DNA of 13,829 nt from Myxococcota bacterium. GTDB lineage: Bacteria; Myxococcota_A; Polyangia; Polyangiales; Sandaracinaceae. The notes under the pieces are model-generated. The model was not told the origin of the DNA. It made no database searches and saw only the letters and a program-made list of their open reading frames with translations. The translations under genes and the position numbers were made by a program. Shown here one piece after another: positions 1 through 7,978 of the stretch. How positions within the stretch are numbered: the first letter of the stretch is position 1; each line of letters begins with the position of its first letter. The DNA is taken from positions 1 through 13,829 of the forward strand of contig JAYZQJ010000063.1 of assembly GCA_036149055.1 (NCBI GenBank), given 5' to 3'.

Positions 1-60
1 GAAGCGAGGTCGCCGCACGAACCACTCCGCCCCGTTCGATCCCGCGGCAGCGGGCGGCCA

Positions 61-265
61 GCGAGCGCGAAGCGCGAGCGCGAGCCGCGTGGCTCACGCG
101 CGGAGCGCGGGACACCGGCGACGAGCGCAGCGACGTCGCCGGCAATTGGGTGGGGGGGCCCCACGGAGCCGACTGACCTGTCTCTGCGGAGGGTGCGGAG
201 CACCCGGAGCGGAGACAGGTCTGACGGCGCAGTGGGGGGGAGGGGCTGAAAGCCCCTCCCGACAA
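61..265. repeat. Multi-hairpin intergenic element (REP/MITE-like) with GNA-triloop stems
   Basis: Hairpins read directly: GCGC-GAA-GCGC (65-75); GAGCC/GGCTC (82-95); CGCGC-GGA-GCGCG (97-109); CCGGCGACG...GC-GCA-GC...CGTCGCCGG (115-142); a long imperfect stem 159-237 (CCCCAC/GTGGGG, GCCG/CGGC, GACCTGTCTC/GAGACAGGTC, GGGTGC-GGA-GCACCC); GGGAGGGGCT-GAA-AGCCCCTCCC (238-260). Lies just downstream of the stop codon at 269. It may extend to or past position 1. Confidence 0.7.
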
Positions 266-268
266 GTC

Positions 269-1678
269 TCAGTCATCCGGGTCGCCCACCTCGGCAGCGA
301 GGCGGGCGCTGAGGGCGCCACCCTTGTGGGGGAAGGGCTGCTCGGGGATGGGGCGGCCGAGGAAGGGGCAGAGCTGCTCGAAGCCTTCGCCCTCCGTGAT
401 CTTCAGCTCGAGCAGCTTGCCCGGCTTGTCGGCGAAGTAGCGGCGCACGTCCTCGACGTGCTTGCGGTAGACGTAGCGGAAGCGATCGGGGCGGAACTCG
501 TAGGTGCCGTAGGTCGCCGCGCGGAGGAAGCGGCGGATGCGCATGTGCGTCTCGGCCGCCTGGGTCTCCGTCGGCGCGAAGGGGTCGCGGCCCGTCCAGT
601 GATTTTGACAGCTCTTGAGCCAGCTCTCCTCGTCGCGGACCGTCAGGACGAACTTCGCGTCGGGGTGCATGCGATCGAGCTGCGCGTAGTAGGGCGAGAC
701 CGTGATGTCGGTGATGCCGTCGAACGCCTCGAGCAGGCCGAAGTCGAGGTCACCGCTCGCGAGCGCGCGGAAGGTGTCGTCGTCGATCGGGTAGTGGACG
801 GTGTCGATGCCGAGCACGTGCAGCGCGGCGGTGAGGCTGCGGGTGCCGGTGCGGCTGAGGCCGAGGCCGAAGACCGGGTGCCGGCGGTTCCAGCGCGGCC
901 AGTCACGCTCGTGCTCCTCCGCGTAGCGGATGACCTCCTCGCGAACGAGGGGCGCGCGCTCGGTCAGACCCAGCTTGGCGATCTGCGCCTCGCCGAGCTC
1001 GGGCAGCTTCGCGATCGCGGCGGACAGCGCCTCCGGCGTGGTGCCCTCGGGGAGCTCGTTCTGCGCCCACTCCACCGCGGCGCGCGCGACCCGCAGCTCC
1101 ACGACGGGGCTGTCTCCCCACGCGTCGAGCGCGGCGTCGAGCTTGCGACGCTGCTCGAGCGTCCGGCTGCGCAGCTCGCGCAGCGCGTACTTGGACCAGA
1201 CGTCATGGAGCCACTGGAAGTGGTCGTGGAAGATGCGGAAGCTCTTGAACGACTTGGTGTAGCCGAGCCGGTTCAGCGCGAGCTTGCGGAGACGCGACTC
1301 CGGCCGCAGCACGTAGGCCTCGTCGTGCACCGGCGGCTCGATCTTCGCCATCTCCCGGATGACGTCGATGCGCGTGATGTGCACGCCGCAGTGGATGCGC
1401 CCGCGGAAGCGGTCGTGCACGTAGCAGTCGACGTAAGCCTGGTCGTTCTTCTCGAGCCAGGGGCGCATGTCTTCGAAGATCAGGCTGTCGGCGTCCACCG
1501 CGACGACGAAGTCGGCGTCGTAGTCGATCGCGATCATGCGCTTCACCGTCTCGGTGAAGGGCCGGCAGTTCTCGAGGACGTGCACCTCATCCGGCTGCAG
1601 GTTCTCCTTGGCCAGCTCGAGGGCGAGCTCGCTCGTCCGCTCCCCGATGGTGCGGAAGACAAGGGCCACTTTCTTCAT
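269..1678 (-). CDS. Glycosyltransferase-like (DxD) N-terminal domain fused to a C-terminal sulfotransferase-family P-loop domain
   Basis: 469 aa with host-like codon usage. C-terminal half has VFGLGLSRTGTRSLTAALHVLG (5'-PSB loop), AKFVLTVRD..SWLKS and EGFEQLCPFLG..P..PFPH, typical of Sulfotransfer_4-like proteins. N-terminal half has FVVAVDAD (GT-A-like DxD). Confidence 0.8.
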   Translation of the reverse strand: MKKVALVFRTIGERTSELALELAKENLQPDEVHVLENCRPFTETVKRMIAIDYDADFVVAVDADSLIFEDMRPWLEKNDQAYVDCYVHDRFRGRIHCGVHITRIDVIREMAKIEPPVHDEAYVLRPESRLRKLALNRLGYTKSFKSFRIFHDHFQWLHDVWSKYALRELRSRTLEQRRKLDAALDAWGDSPVVELRVARAAVEWAQNELPEGTTPEALSAAIAKLPELGEAQIAKLGLTERAPLVREEVIRYAEEHERDWPRWNRRHPVFGLGLSRTGTRSLTAALHVLGIDTVHYPIDDDTFRALASGDLDFGLLEAFDGITDITVSPYYAQLDRMHPDAKFVLTVRDEESWLKSCQNHWTGRDPFAPTETQAAETHMRIRRFLRAATYGTYEFRPDRFRYVYRKHVEDVRRYFADKPGKLLELKITEGEGFEQLCPFLGRPIPEQPFPHKGGALSARLAAEVGDPDD

Positions 1679-1681
1679 CGA

Positions 1682-2521
1682 TCAGCTCTCCCAACGAAAA
1701 GGCGCGTTGAGGTCTCCGGCTCGCGCGTCGAACACGTCGCGCACCGCCTGGGGCAGCTCCGTCTTCCATCGCGTGTCGAGCCGGAACCCGCCCTTCAGAG
1801 ACTCGTAGTACCCACGGCTGCGCTCCGGGACGGAGGCGAACGCGGGATCCTCCACCTCGGTCGCCCGCGCGACCACCGACTGCGTGCCGGTGTTTCCGCC
1901 GAGGGGGTGATGCTCGCGCTCGTGGTAGCGGAGCATGTCGGGCTCGAACGGGAGCCCGAGGAAAGCGCAGACCTCACGGACGGAAGCCTCGGGCTCGGTC
2001 GCCAGCCGCTCGTAGCGGAGCAGCATCCAGTCGTCGGGGCGCTCCTCCAGGAAGGCCCGCGTCTCGCGGATCTGCGTCGCCCATCCGTCCACCACCGCGA
2101 TCGGATCCTCGTCCGGGTACTTGCGCACCCGGCTGTTCACCACCGCGCGTCCGTCGCGGGCGAGGAAGATCCGCCTGTGCGGCACGCCCGCCGCGTCGAG
2201 CTCCGCCTGCCGCGCCCGCAGCCAGTCGACCTTCTTGGTGGAGTCGACGACCACCGGCTTGCCGGTCAGCCGCGCCACCTGGGCGTAGACGTCCGGGGTC
2301 GGCGGCTGCTCGAACCGGCTCCAGACCACGCAGCCCTCCCCGCAGATCTTGCAGACGCGCTTCCGGAGCGGCTTCTTCGGATCGCCGATGAACAGCGTCT
2401 TCTTCGCCTCGCCGGCGTAGAAGCACTGGGGGTGACTGCCGAGGACCAGACCCAGCAAGGTGGAGCCGGAGTGGCCCGCGCCGCAGATCGCGACGGTCAG
2501 GCGATGGATGCGTTCGGTCAT
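1682..2521 (-). CDS. Sulfotransferase family protein (Sulfotransfer_3-like)
   Basis: ICGAGHSGSTLLGLVLGSHP PAPS-binding loop, VVVDSTK, FLARDGRAVVNS (3'-PB) and LRYERLATEPEASVREVCAFLGL. Start placed at the ATG at 2521 (MTERIHRL), downstream of a TATATT -10-like hexamer; 2548 and 2563 are alternatives. The stop is 3 bp from the next gene's start. Confidence 0.85.
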   Translation of the reverse strand: MTERIHRLTVAICGAGHSGSTLLGLVLGSHPQCFYAGEAKKTLFIGDPKKPLRKRVCKICGEGCVVWSRFEQPPTPDVYAQVARLTGKPVVVDSTKKVDWLRARQAELDAAGVPHRRIFLARDGRAVVNSRVRKYPDEDPIAVVDGWATQIRETRAFLEERPDDWMLLRYERLATEPEASVREVCAFLGLPFEPDMLRYHEREHHPLGGNTGTQSVVARATEVEDPAFASVPERSRGYYESLKGGFRLDTRWKTELPQAVRDVFDARAGDLNAPFRWES

Positions 2522-2564
2522 GAACGGGTGGCGGAATATAAGAGCCATGAGGGGCGCACGCATG

Positions 2565-2580
2565 TGCTATCGACGGGCCC
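2565..2580 (+). promoter_or_regulatory. Putative extended -10 (TGCTA) leaderless promoter of the esterase gene
   Basis: TGCTA at 2565-2569, 11 nt before ATG 2581, with no Shine-Dalgarno. The same geometry occurs at 4437 and 13689. Confidence 0.5.
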
Positions 2581-3582
2581 ATGCTGCGCGGACGCGTCGA
2601 GCTGCCCCTCCTCGAGAGCCGCCTGCTCGCCGGCAACGTGCTCGGCGACCCGGCGGACCGCGAGGTGCTGGTCTACCTCCCCCCGAGCTACGACGGGCAG
2701 CGGCGCTTCCCGACGATGTGGGTGCTGCCGCCCTACGCCGCCGGGCACCGCTCGCTCCTCAACTACAAGTGCTGGGAGCCGGACCTCTTCGAGCGCTACG
2801 AGGCCCTGCTCGCGCGGGGCGAGGTGCCCGAGGCGATCCTCGTCTCCCCCGACTGCATGACCCGCTGGGGAGGCAGCCAGTTCCTCGACTCCGAGGCCAC
2901 CGGCCCCTACCAGTCCTACCTCGTCGACGAGGTCGTACCCTTCGTGGACGAACGCTACCGCACCATCCCCGCGCGCGAGGCCCGGGCCGTGGTCGGGCGC
3001 TCGTCGGGCGGCTTCGGCGCGCTGCGCCTCGGGATCGATCGCCCGGAGGCGTTCGCGGTCTACGGGAGTCACGCCGGGGACGCGGCCTTCGAGGCGAGCA
3101 TTCGCCCGAGCTTCACCTCGGCCGCCATCACCCTCCAGCTCGCCGGAGGCGTGGCCCCGTTCCTCGAGCGCTTCGCCGAGCGCGGCCCGCGGAGCGGCGG
3201 TGACTTCGAGGCGATCATGACGATCGCCACCGCGGCCTGCTACGCGCCGGAGCCGGGCGCGCCCTTTCCCCACGCCGCCCTCCCCTTCGACATCGAGACC
3301 GCGCTCCCCGTCGACGCGATCTGGCAGCGCTGGCTCGCGCACGATCCGATCGTCCGCCTCGACGCGCGCCCCGACGCGATGAAGGAGGCGGCCTACGTCT
3401 TCCTCGACGCCGGCGACCGCGACGAGCACGGCCTCCAGATCGGCGCGCGGCTGGTGCGAGATCGGCTCGTGGCGCGCGGCGTCCGGGTCTCCCACGAGGA
3501 GTTCCCGGGCGGACACCGCGGCACCGCGTACCGATACGACGTGTCTCTGCCGGCAATGCTGGCGGAGGTCGAGCGGTCGTGA
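2581..3582 (+). CDS. Putative esterase, alpha/beta hydrolase (enterochelin esterase/Fes-like family)
   Basis: VYLPPSYD...RFP, YLVDEVVPFVDERYRT, nucleophile elbow GRSSGG, FLDAGDRDE acid, FPGGH catalytic His. Confidence 0.9.
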   Translation: MLRGRVELPLLESRLLAGNVLGDPADREVLVYLPPSYDGQRRFPTMWVLPPYAAGHRSLLNYKCWEPDLFERYEALLARGEVPEAILVSPDCMTRWGGSQFLDSEATGPYQSYLVDEVVPFVDERYRTIPAREARAVVGRSSGGFGALRLGIDRPEAFAVYGSHAGDAAFEASIRPSFTSAAITLQLAGGVAPFLERFAERGPRSGGDFEAIMTIATAACYAPEPGAPFPHAALPFDIETALPVDAIWQRWLAHDPIVRLDARPDAMKEAAYVFLDAGDRDEHGLQIGARLVRDRLVARGVRVSHEEFPGGHRGTAYRYDVSLPAMLAEVERS

Positions 3583-3643
3583 CGTGCTTGGGTTTTGAGG
3601 ACGGCTCTCGTATCCTGCGCCGACACCGCGGCCCGGAGCGCTG

Positions 3644-4408
3644 ATGGCATCCAAGAAGACGACGAAGAAGACGGCCACCAAGGCGCCCGCGAAGCGGCCG
3701 TCGGCGAAGGCGTCCGCCAAGAAGACGGCCAAGAAGGCTGCCGCCAAGAAGGCGCCGGCCAAGAAGCCGTCGGTGACCGAAGAGGCGTCGAAGACGAGCC
3801 CCACGTCGACCAAGTCGCAGGCGGCCAAGGACGTGGCCTCGCGGGTCCTCGCGGGCGACGGTGACAAGTCGGTCGGCGACCTCGGCGACGACCTGGTCAG
3901 CGGCAAGAAGTCCGTCGCCGCGCAGGCGGGGCGGGTCCTCGACGAGATCGTCAACCAGAAGCCGGAGGCGGTCGTGCCGATCATCGATCGGTACGCGGTC
4001 GTGATCGGCAAGAAGGCGCGGCGCCCGGCCCAGTCGGCGGCGCACGCCCTCCCGGTGATGGCCCGCGTCGCCCCGGCGCGCGTGGCCCGTCACCTCCCGA
4101 AGCTCAAGGAGTGCTTCGACGAGGCGACCGACGCCGGCAAGGACGGCCTCGTGCGCACCTTCGCCGGGCTCTGCACCGCGTCGGTCGCGTACCAGAAGCG
4201 GCTCGAGGACGTGCTCAACAAGGCGCTCCGCGAGGCGGACGCCAAGACGCTGATCGCGTGGACCGAGGTCGTGCTCCCCGCGCTCAAGGGCGAGCCTCAC
4301 GCGCGCGCCCGGGCGACGGTGGAGGGCCGACTCGATCGGATCCCGCGCGCTCACGCCCAGAAGATCGCCGACTTCCTCGGGATCAAGCTCCGCCTCCGCT
4401 ATCGCTGA
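3644..4408 (+). CDS. Hypothetical protein: Lys/Ala-rich histone-H1-like N-terminal tail plus alpha-helical (HEAT/ARM-like) domain
   Basis: GGAG RBS upstream. MASKKTTKKTATKAPAKRPSAKASAKKTAKKAAAKKAPAKK is followed by amphipathic helical segments. Host-like codon usage. Confidence 0.75.
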   Translation: MASKKTTKKTATKAPAKRPSAKASAKKTAKKAAAKKAPAKKPSVTEEASKTSPTSTKSQAAKDVASRVLAGDGDKSVGDLGDDLVSGKKSVAAQAGRVLDEIVNQKPEAVVPIIDRYAVVIGKKARRPAQSAAHALPVMARVAPARVARHLPKLKECFDEATDAGKDGLVRTFAGLCTASVAYQKRLEDVLNKALREADAKTLIAWTEVVLPALKGEPHARARATVEGRLDRIPRAHAQKIADFLGIKLRLRYR

Positions 4409-4436
4409 CCGCTTACTTGGGTCCTGGCGCGCCTTC

Positions 4437-4452
4437 TGCTAACAGGGCGTTC
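4437..4452 (+). promoter_or_regulatory. Putative extended -10 (TGCTA) leaderless promoter
   Basis: TGCTA at 4437-4441, exactly 11 nt before ATG 4453. Confidence 0.45.
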
Positions 4453-5622
4453 ATGCGTAGCGGAATTCGTTGGGGTGTGGCGGTCCGTCCGTTCAGCGTC
4501 TCGATCGTCGGCTTGATCTCGTGCCTGGCGATCGCGGGCTGTCGTCCGCGCGCCGCCCAGGAGGCGCAGGACACGTCGAGCACCGGTGGCGCGACGACGC
4601 AGCCCACGGAGATCGAGGCCGGGCCGCCGCCGGAGGACTGGCCGCGCGTGCTCGTGATCGGGCCGGGCGTCGGTCCGGCGCTCTACCTCGGCAACGCGGA
4701 GAACGCGCCCGCGGTCGGCTACCTGAACCCCGGCGTGCGGGTGCGGCTCGAGTCCGCGCCCGTCAACGGCCGGATCGAGGTCCTGGTCGCCGGCGCGCTG
4801 GCCACCAAGGGCTGGGTGCCGCTGAGCCGGGTGGCCGCCTACGCGCAGCACCGTGGCCGCGTCGAGGGCACCCGCGCGTACCTCGCGCCCGGCGACCTGG
4901 TCGGCATCCTCGGCCCGGCCGAGGACGAGGGGCAGATGCGCGTCGAGGTCCGCCCGTGGATGGGCGGCGCCAACTTCGTCGGCCCGTTCGTGGGCACCTT
5001 CCCGGCCGAGCACCTGGCCGACCGCCCGCCCGAGGGCGACGCCGAAGGTGTGACACCGGGTGACTGTTACCGCCTCCCGGCGGGCCAGACCGTGCCGATC
5101 TACGAGCGCCCGGGCGGCGAGCCGGTCGCCAACCTCCCCGCGGCCGACCCCGGCATGACCGTGACCGTGCTCCGCGCGCGCAACGACTGGTACGGGGTGC
5201 GGGCCGGCTTCGGTCCCTACCTCACCGGCTACGTGCAGGGCAGCCTCACCGCCTGTCAGGGCGCGGCGCCGGCGCCCGAGCCGATGGTGCCGAGCGGCGA
5301 GGGGGACCGCCCCTACTGGATGAGCCAGGAGAGCGGCAACCTGCATCGCGTCGCGGAGGGCACCCGCATCCGCTTCCACGGCCGGACGATCGCGCGGCTC
5401 CGCTCGCAGGGCTGGGCTCGGGAGCTCGGCCGGCAGGACGGCGGCATGGTCGACGTCTTCGTGGCGGTCGACGAGGACGTGGCGCTCCGGGGGCTCGTGC
5501 CGGAGGACAGCCTGACCCTGGTCGAGGCGGCCAGCGAGTCGGCGCCGGCCGCGCAGCCGGCCGCGGCGCAGCCCGAGCCGGAGCCGGAGCCGGAAGAGGA
5601 CCTTCCGCCCGAGCTGCAGTGA
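4453..5622 (+). CDS. Putative lipoprotein with SH3b-like modules and acidic Pro/Glu tail
   Basis: Hydrophobic signal ending LAIAGC (lipobox). SH3b-like segments LYLGNAENAPAVGYLNPGVRVRL...GRIEV and IYERPGGEPVANL...VTVLRARNDWYGV...GYV. C-terminal QPEPEPEPEED. Start trimmed from the ORF-track 4111 to ATG 4453. Confidence 0.7.
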   Translation: MRSGIRWGVAVRPFSVSIVGLISCLAIAGCRPRAAQEAQDTSSTGGATTQPTEIEAGPPPEDWPRVLVIGPGVGPALYLGNAENAPAVGYLNPGVRVRLESAPVNGRIEVLVAGALATKGWVPLSRVAAYAQHRGRVEGTRAYLAPGDLVGILGPAEDEGQMRVEVRPWMGGANFVGPFVGTFPAEHLADRPPEGDAEGVTPGDCYRLPAGQTVPIYERPGGEPVANLPAADPGMTVTVLRARNDWYGVRAGFGPYLTGYVQGSLTACQGAAPAPEPMVPSGEGDRPYWMSQESGNLHRVAEGTRIRFHGRTIARLRSQGWARELGRQDGGMVDVFVAVDEDVALRGLVPEDSLTLVEAASESAPAAQPAAAQPEPEPEPEEDLPPELQ

Positions 5623-6191
5623 GCGAGGCCGCGCTGGACGCGCTGCCGATCGTCACCGCGCGCGCCGCGCTCCGCCTGGCGGAGGACCGCGACGCGCCGC
5701 GGGTGGCCGACTATCAGCGGCGCAACCGGGCGCACTTCGCGCGCTGGGATCCGCGGCGGCCGGAGGGCTTCTTCACCGACTCCTTCTGGCACCGCCGCAT
5801 CGCCGCCGACGCGGAGCTGAGCGAGCAGGACCGCGCCTACCGTCTCTTCGTCTTCGCGGAGGGAGACGGCCCGGTCGTCGGGCACGTGCACTTCGCCAAC
5901 GTCGTGCGCGGCGCCTTCCACTGCTGTCACCTCGGCTTCGGCATCGACGGCGAGCGCGAGGGTCGGGGGCTGATGAAGGAGGCGCTCGAGGGCGCCATCG
6001 CGTGGGCCTTCGGGCCACTCGGGCTGCATCGGATCGAGGCGAACCACCGCCCCGACAACCTGCGGAGCGGGGGGCTGCTCGCGCGGCTCGGCTTCGTGCC
6101 GCAAGGCTACGCGCGCGACTACCTGCTGATCGACGGGGAGTGGCACGACCACGTGCTCACCGCGCGCCTCAACCCCGACTGGCGGCCGTGA
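5619..6191 (+). CDS. rimJ: RimJ/RimL-family GNAT N-acetyltransferase (ribosomal-protein-alanine acetyltransferase-like)
   Basis: NVVRGAFHCCHLGFGID..REGRGLMKEAL, LGLHRIEANHRPDNLRSGGLLARLGFVPQGYARDYLLIDGEWHDHVLTA: close RimJ-type motifs. GTGA overlap with the upstream gene. Confidence 0.85.
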   Translation: MSEAALDALPIVTARAALRLAEDRDAPRVADYQRRNRAHFARWDPRRPEGFFTDSFWHRRIAADAELSEQDRAYRLFVFAEGDGPVVGHVHFANVVRGAFHCCHLGFGIDGEREGRGLMKEALEGAIAWAFGPLGLHRIEANHRPDNLRSGGLLARLGFVPQGYARDYLLIDGEWHDHVLTARLNPDWRP

Positions 6192-7168
6192 CGCGCGCTC
6201 CCCTCCTCGTCGCGCTGCTCACGGCGCTCGCGCTCCCCGCTTGCGGCGGCAGCCAGCCGGCGCCCGAGGCGCCTCCGGCGGCGGAGCCCCTCCGCGCGGT
6301 CCGCCCGCCGGGATCCCGGCTGACCCTCTCGCTCCCTCCGTCCATGCGGCGGGTGCGCCACACGCTGCGCTACGAGGACGCCGACCTGGGCGTCGCGCTG
6401 CAGCTCTCGGACGCCACCGTCCCGCCCGGCACCGAGGCGGAGATCGTGGAGGCCGATCTCGCGCGCATCCGGCTCCGCGACCCCGACGTGCGCGCGCGCT
6501 CGATCACCTGGGGTGAAGGCGTCGAAGGTGTCGAGGTCACCGGCCGCGTCGGCGAGGCCGAGCTGCGGATCCTGACCCTCTGGAGCGACGGCGCGCTGGG
6601 ACGCATCCTCATCCGTCACCCGGTGTCGGAGCGGCGGCGCGTGGCGGCGATCCTCGACTCCGTGCGGCTCGATCCGTCGGCGGAGCTCGACCCGATCGCG
6701 GTGCTCGGGATCCGGATGCAGGTGCCGGCGGAGCTGTCGACCCTGCTCGTCTCGAACGAGGAGCTCGTCCTGCGCACCGCCCCGCGCGCCGTGCCCTTCC
6801 CCTCGGCCGACGCGTCGATCGACATCGTGTACGCGCCCTTCGTCGGCGCGCGTCCCGAGAGCACCGAGGCGCGAGGGCGCATGCTGGGCGCGCGCTTCGC
6901 GGGGGTGCCGATCGAAGGGGAGCCGCGGGCGACGCCCTTGAGCGGCGGCGCGCTGCCCGGCTACCAGATCGCGATGACCGCGACGGTCGAGGGCGCCTCG
7001 CTCCTCCTCTACGGCGCGTACCTGGAGACGGAGGGCGGCGCGTTCCTGCTCCGCGCGAGCGTGCGCGAGGGAGACGCCGAGCGCTGGGCGCCGCGCTTCG
7101 AGGCGATGGCGCGCTCGCTTCGACCGGCGACCGCGATGCAGAATGCGTCGCATGTCACGCGTCGCTGA
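6188..7168 (+). CDS. Putative lipoprotein, possibly two tandem PsbP/DcrB-like domains
   Basis: GTG 6188 overlaps the previous stop (GTGA). Signal TRAPLLVALLTALALPAC-GG. The two halves each start with a 'xLxLP/xMxVP' strand and end in 'ILDSVRL'/'MARSLRP'. The fold assignment is inference. Confidence 0.65.
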   Translation: MTRAPLLVALLTALALPACGGSQPAPEAPPAAEPLRAVRPPGSRLTLSLPPSMRRVRHTLRYEDADLGVALQLSDATVPPGTEAEIVEADLARIRLRDPDVRARSITWGEGVEGVEVTGRVGEAELRILTLWSDGALGRILIRHPVSERRRVAAILDSVRLDPSAELDPIAVLGIRMQVPAELSTLLVSNEELVLRTAPRAVPFPSADASIDIVYAPFVGARPESTEARGRMLGARFAGVPIEGEPRATPLSGGALPGYQIAMTATVEGASLLLYGAYLETEGGAFLLRASVREGDAERWAPRFEAMARSLRPATAMQNASHVTRR

Positions 7169-7898
7169 TCTGAGCTGGCCCGACGTCGAGGCCGCCCTCG
7201 CGCGCGGCGCGGTGGCGCTGCTCCCGGTGGGCGCGGCGTCCAAGCAGCACGGGCCGCATCTGCCGATGTCGACCGACTGGCTCACCGCGGAGGCGGTCGC
7301 GGCGCGGGTGGCCGAGCGGATCGACGGCCTCGCCTGGCCGACCGTGGGCTACGGCCACTACCCCGCCTTCCTCGACTACGCGGGCTCGACGAGCCTCCCC
7401 GCCGACGTCTTCGCGGGGGTGATCGAGGCGTTGCTCCGGGACCTCGCCCGGGCGGGAGCGGCGTGCGTCGTGATCCTGAACACCGGCATCAGCACCATCC
7501 GCCCGATCGAGCAAGCGATGGAGCTCGTCGCCCTCGACGCCCGCGTCGTCCACCTCTACCGAGGCGAGCGCTTCGTCGCGACCAAGCGCGCGATCTGCAA
7601 ACAGGAGCGCGGCGAGCACGCCGACGAAGCCGAGACCAGCGTCATGCTCCACCTCCACCCCGAGCGCGTGAACCTGGCCCGCGCCCGAGCGTGGACCCGA
7701 GACGTGAAGCCCGGCCGCTGGACCTCGAAGGACCCCGACAGCCCGAGCTACAGCCCGCAAGGCGTCTTCGGAGACCCCACCACCGCCACCGCCGCGAAAG
7801 GCGCGCGCCTGATCGAGGCCATGATCGAGGACGTCCTCCGAGAATTAGGACCCGGGGACGGAGTTTCCTTGTTGCCCAACGGCGTCGACCCCCCCTAG
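7152..7898 (+). CDS. Creatininase / creatinine amidohydrolase family protein
   Basis: DLSWPDV, LLPVGAASKQHGPHLPMSTD, PTVGYG, GSTSL, HADEAETSVMLHLHPERV, GVFGDPTTATAAKG. Start ATG 7152 (7143 is an alternative). The last ~17 codons are read through the mobile-element repeat. Confidence 0.88.
   Translation: MSRVADLSWPDVEAALARGAVALLPVGAASKQHGPHLPMSTDWLTAEAVAARVAERIDGLAWPTVGYGHYPAFLDYAGSTSLPADVFAGVIEALLRDLARAGAACVVILNTGISTIRPIEQAMELVALDARVVHLYRGERFVATKRAICKQERGEHADEAETSVMLHLHPERVNLARARAWTRDVKPGRWTSKDPDSPSYSPQGVFGDPTTATAAKGARLIEAMIEDVLRELGPGDGVSLLPNGVDPP
7849..7878 (+). repeat. Left outer repeat L1
   Basis: GACCCGGGGACGGAGTTTCCTTGTTGCCCA. Confidence 0.9.
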
Positions 7899-7902
7899 CC
7901 CT

Positions 7903-7935
7903 GGGACTCTGGGACGGAGTTTCTCAGTTTCCCAA
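7903..7935 (+). repeat. Left inner repeat L2 (degenerate 3' half)
   Basis: GGGACTCTGGGACGGAGTTTCTCAGTTTCCCAA; the core GGGACGGAGTTTC lies 56 bp after that of L1. Confidence 0.8.
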
Positions 7936-7978
7936 TGCCCGGACGCAACGTTGTCGGACACGCCGCGATGACCGCGGC

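Noticed and set aside
82..112. GAGCCGCGTG resembling the start of group II intron domain V
   Set aside because: The following sequence does not complete the DV stem (no CGGTTC-type closing strand), and there is no reverse transcriptase in the window.
238..265. Hairpin as a Rho-independent terminator of the sulfotransferase operon
   Set aside because: No U-tract follows on the minus strand; it is part of the larger hairpin element.
89..2860. 923-aa plus-strand ORF
   Set aside because: Antisense shadow of the two sulfotransferase genes. High-GC codon bias suppresses stops, and it has no recognisable motifs.
5545..5600. Short tandem repeats (GCGCAGCC, GAGCCG)
   Set aside because: They simply encode a low-complexity AAQP/EPEPEP protein linker.
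7463..7978. N-terminal extension of the 516-aa transposase ORF
   Set aside because: Overlaps the creatininase gene in another frame; the family-typical MPR start is at 7979.
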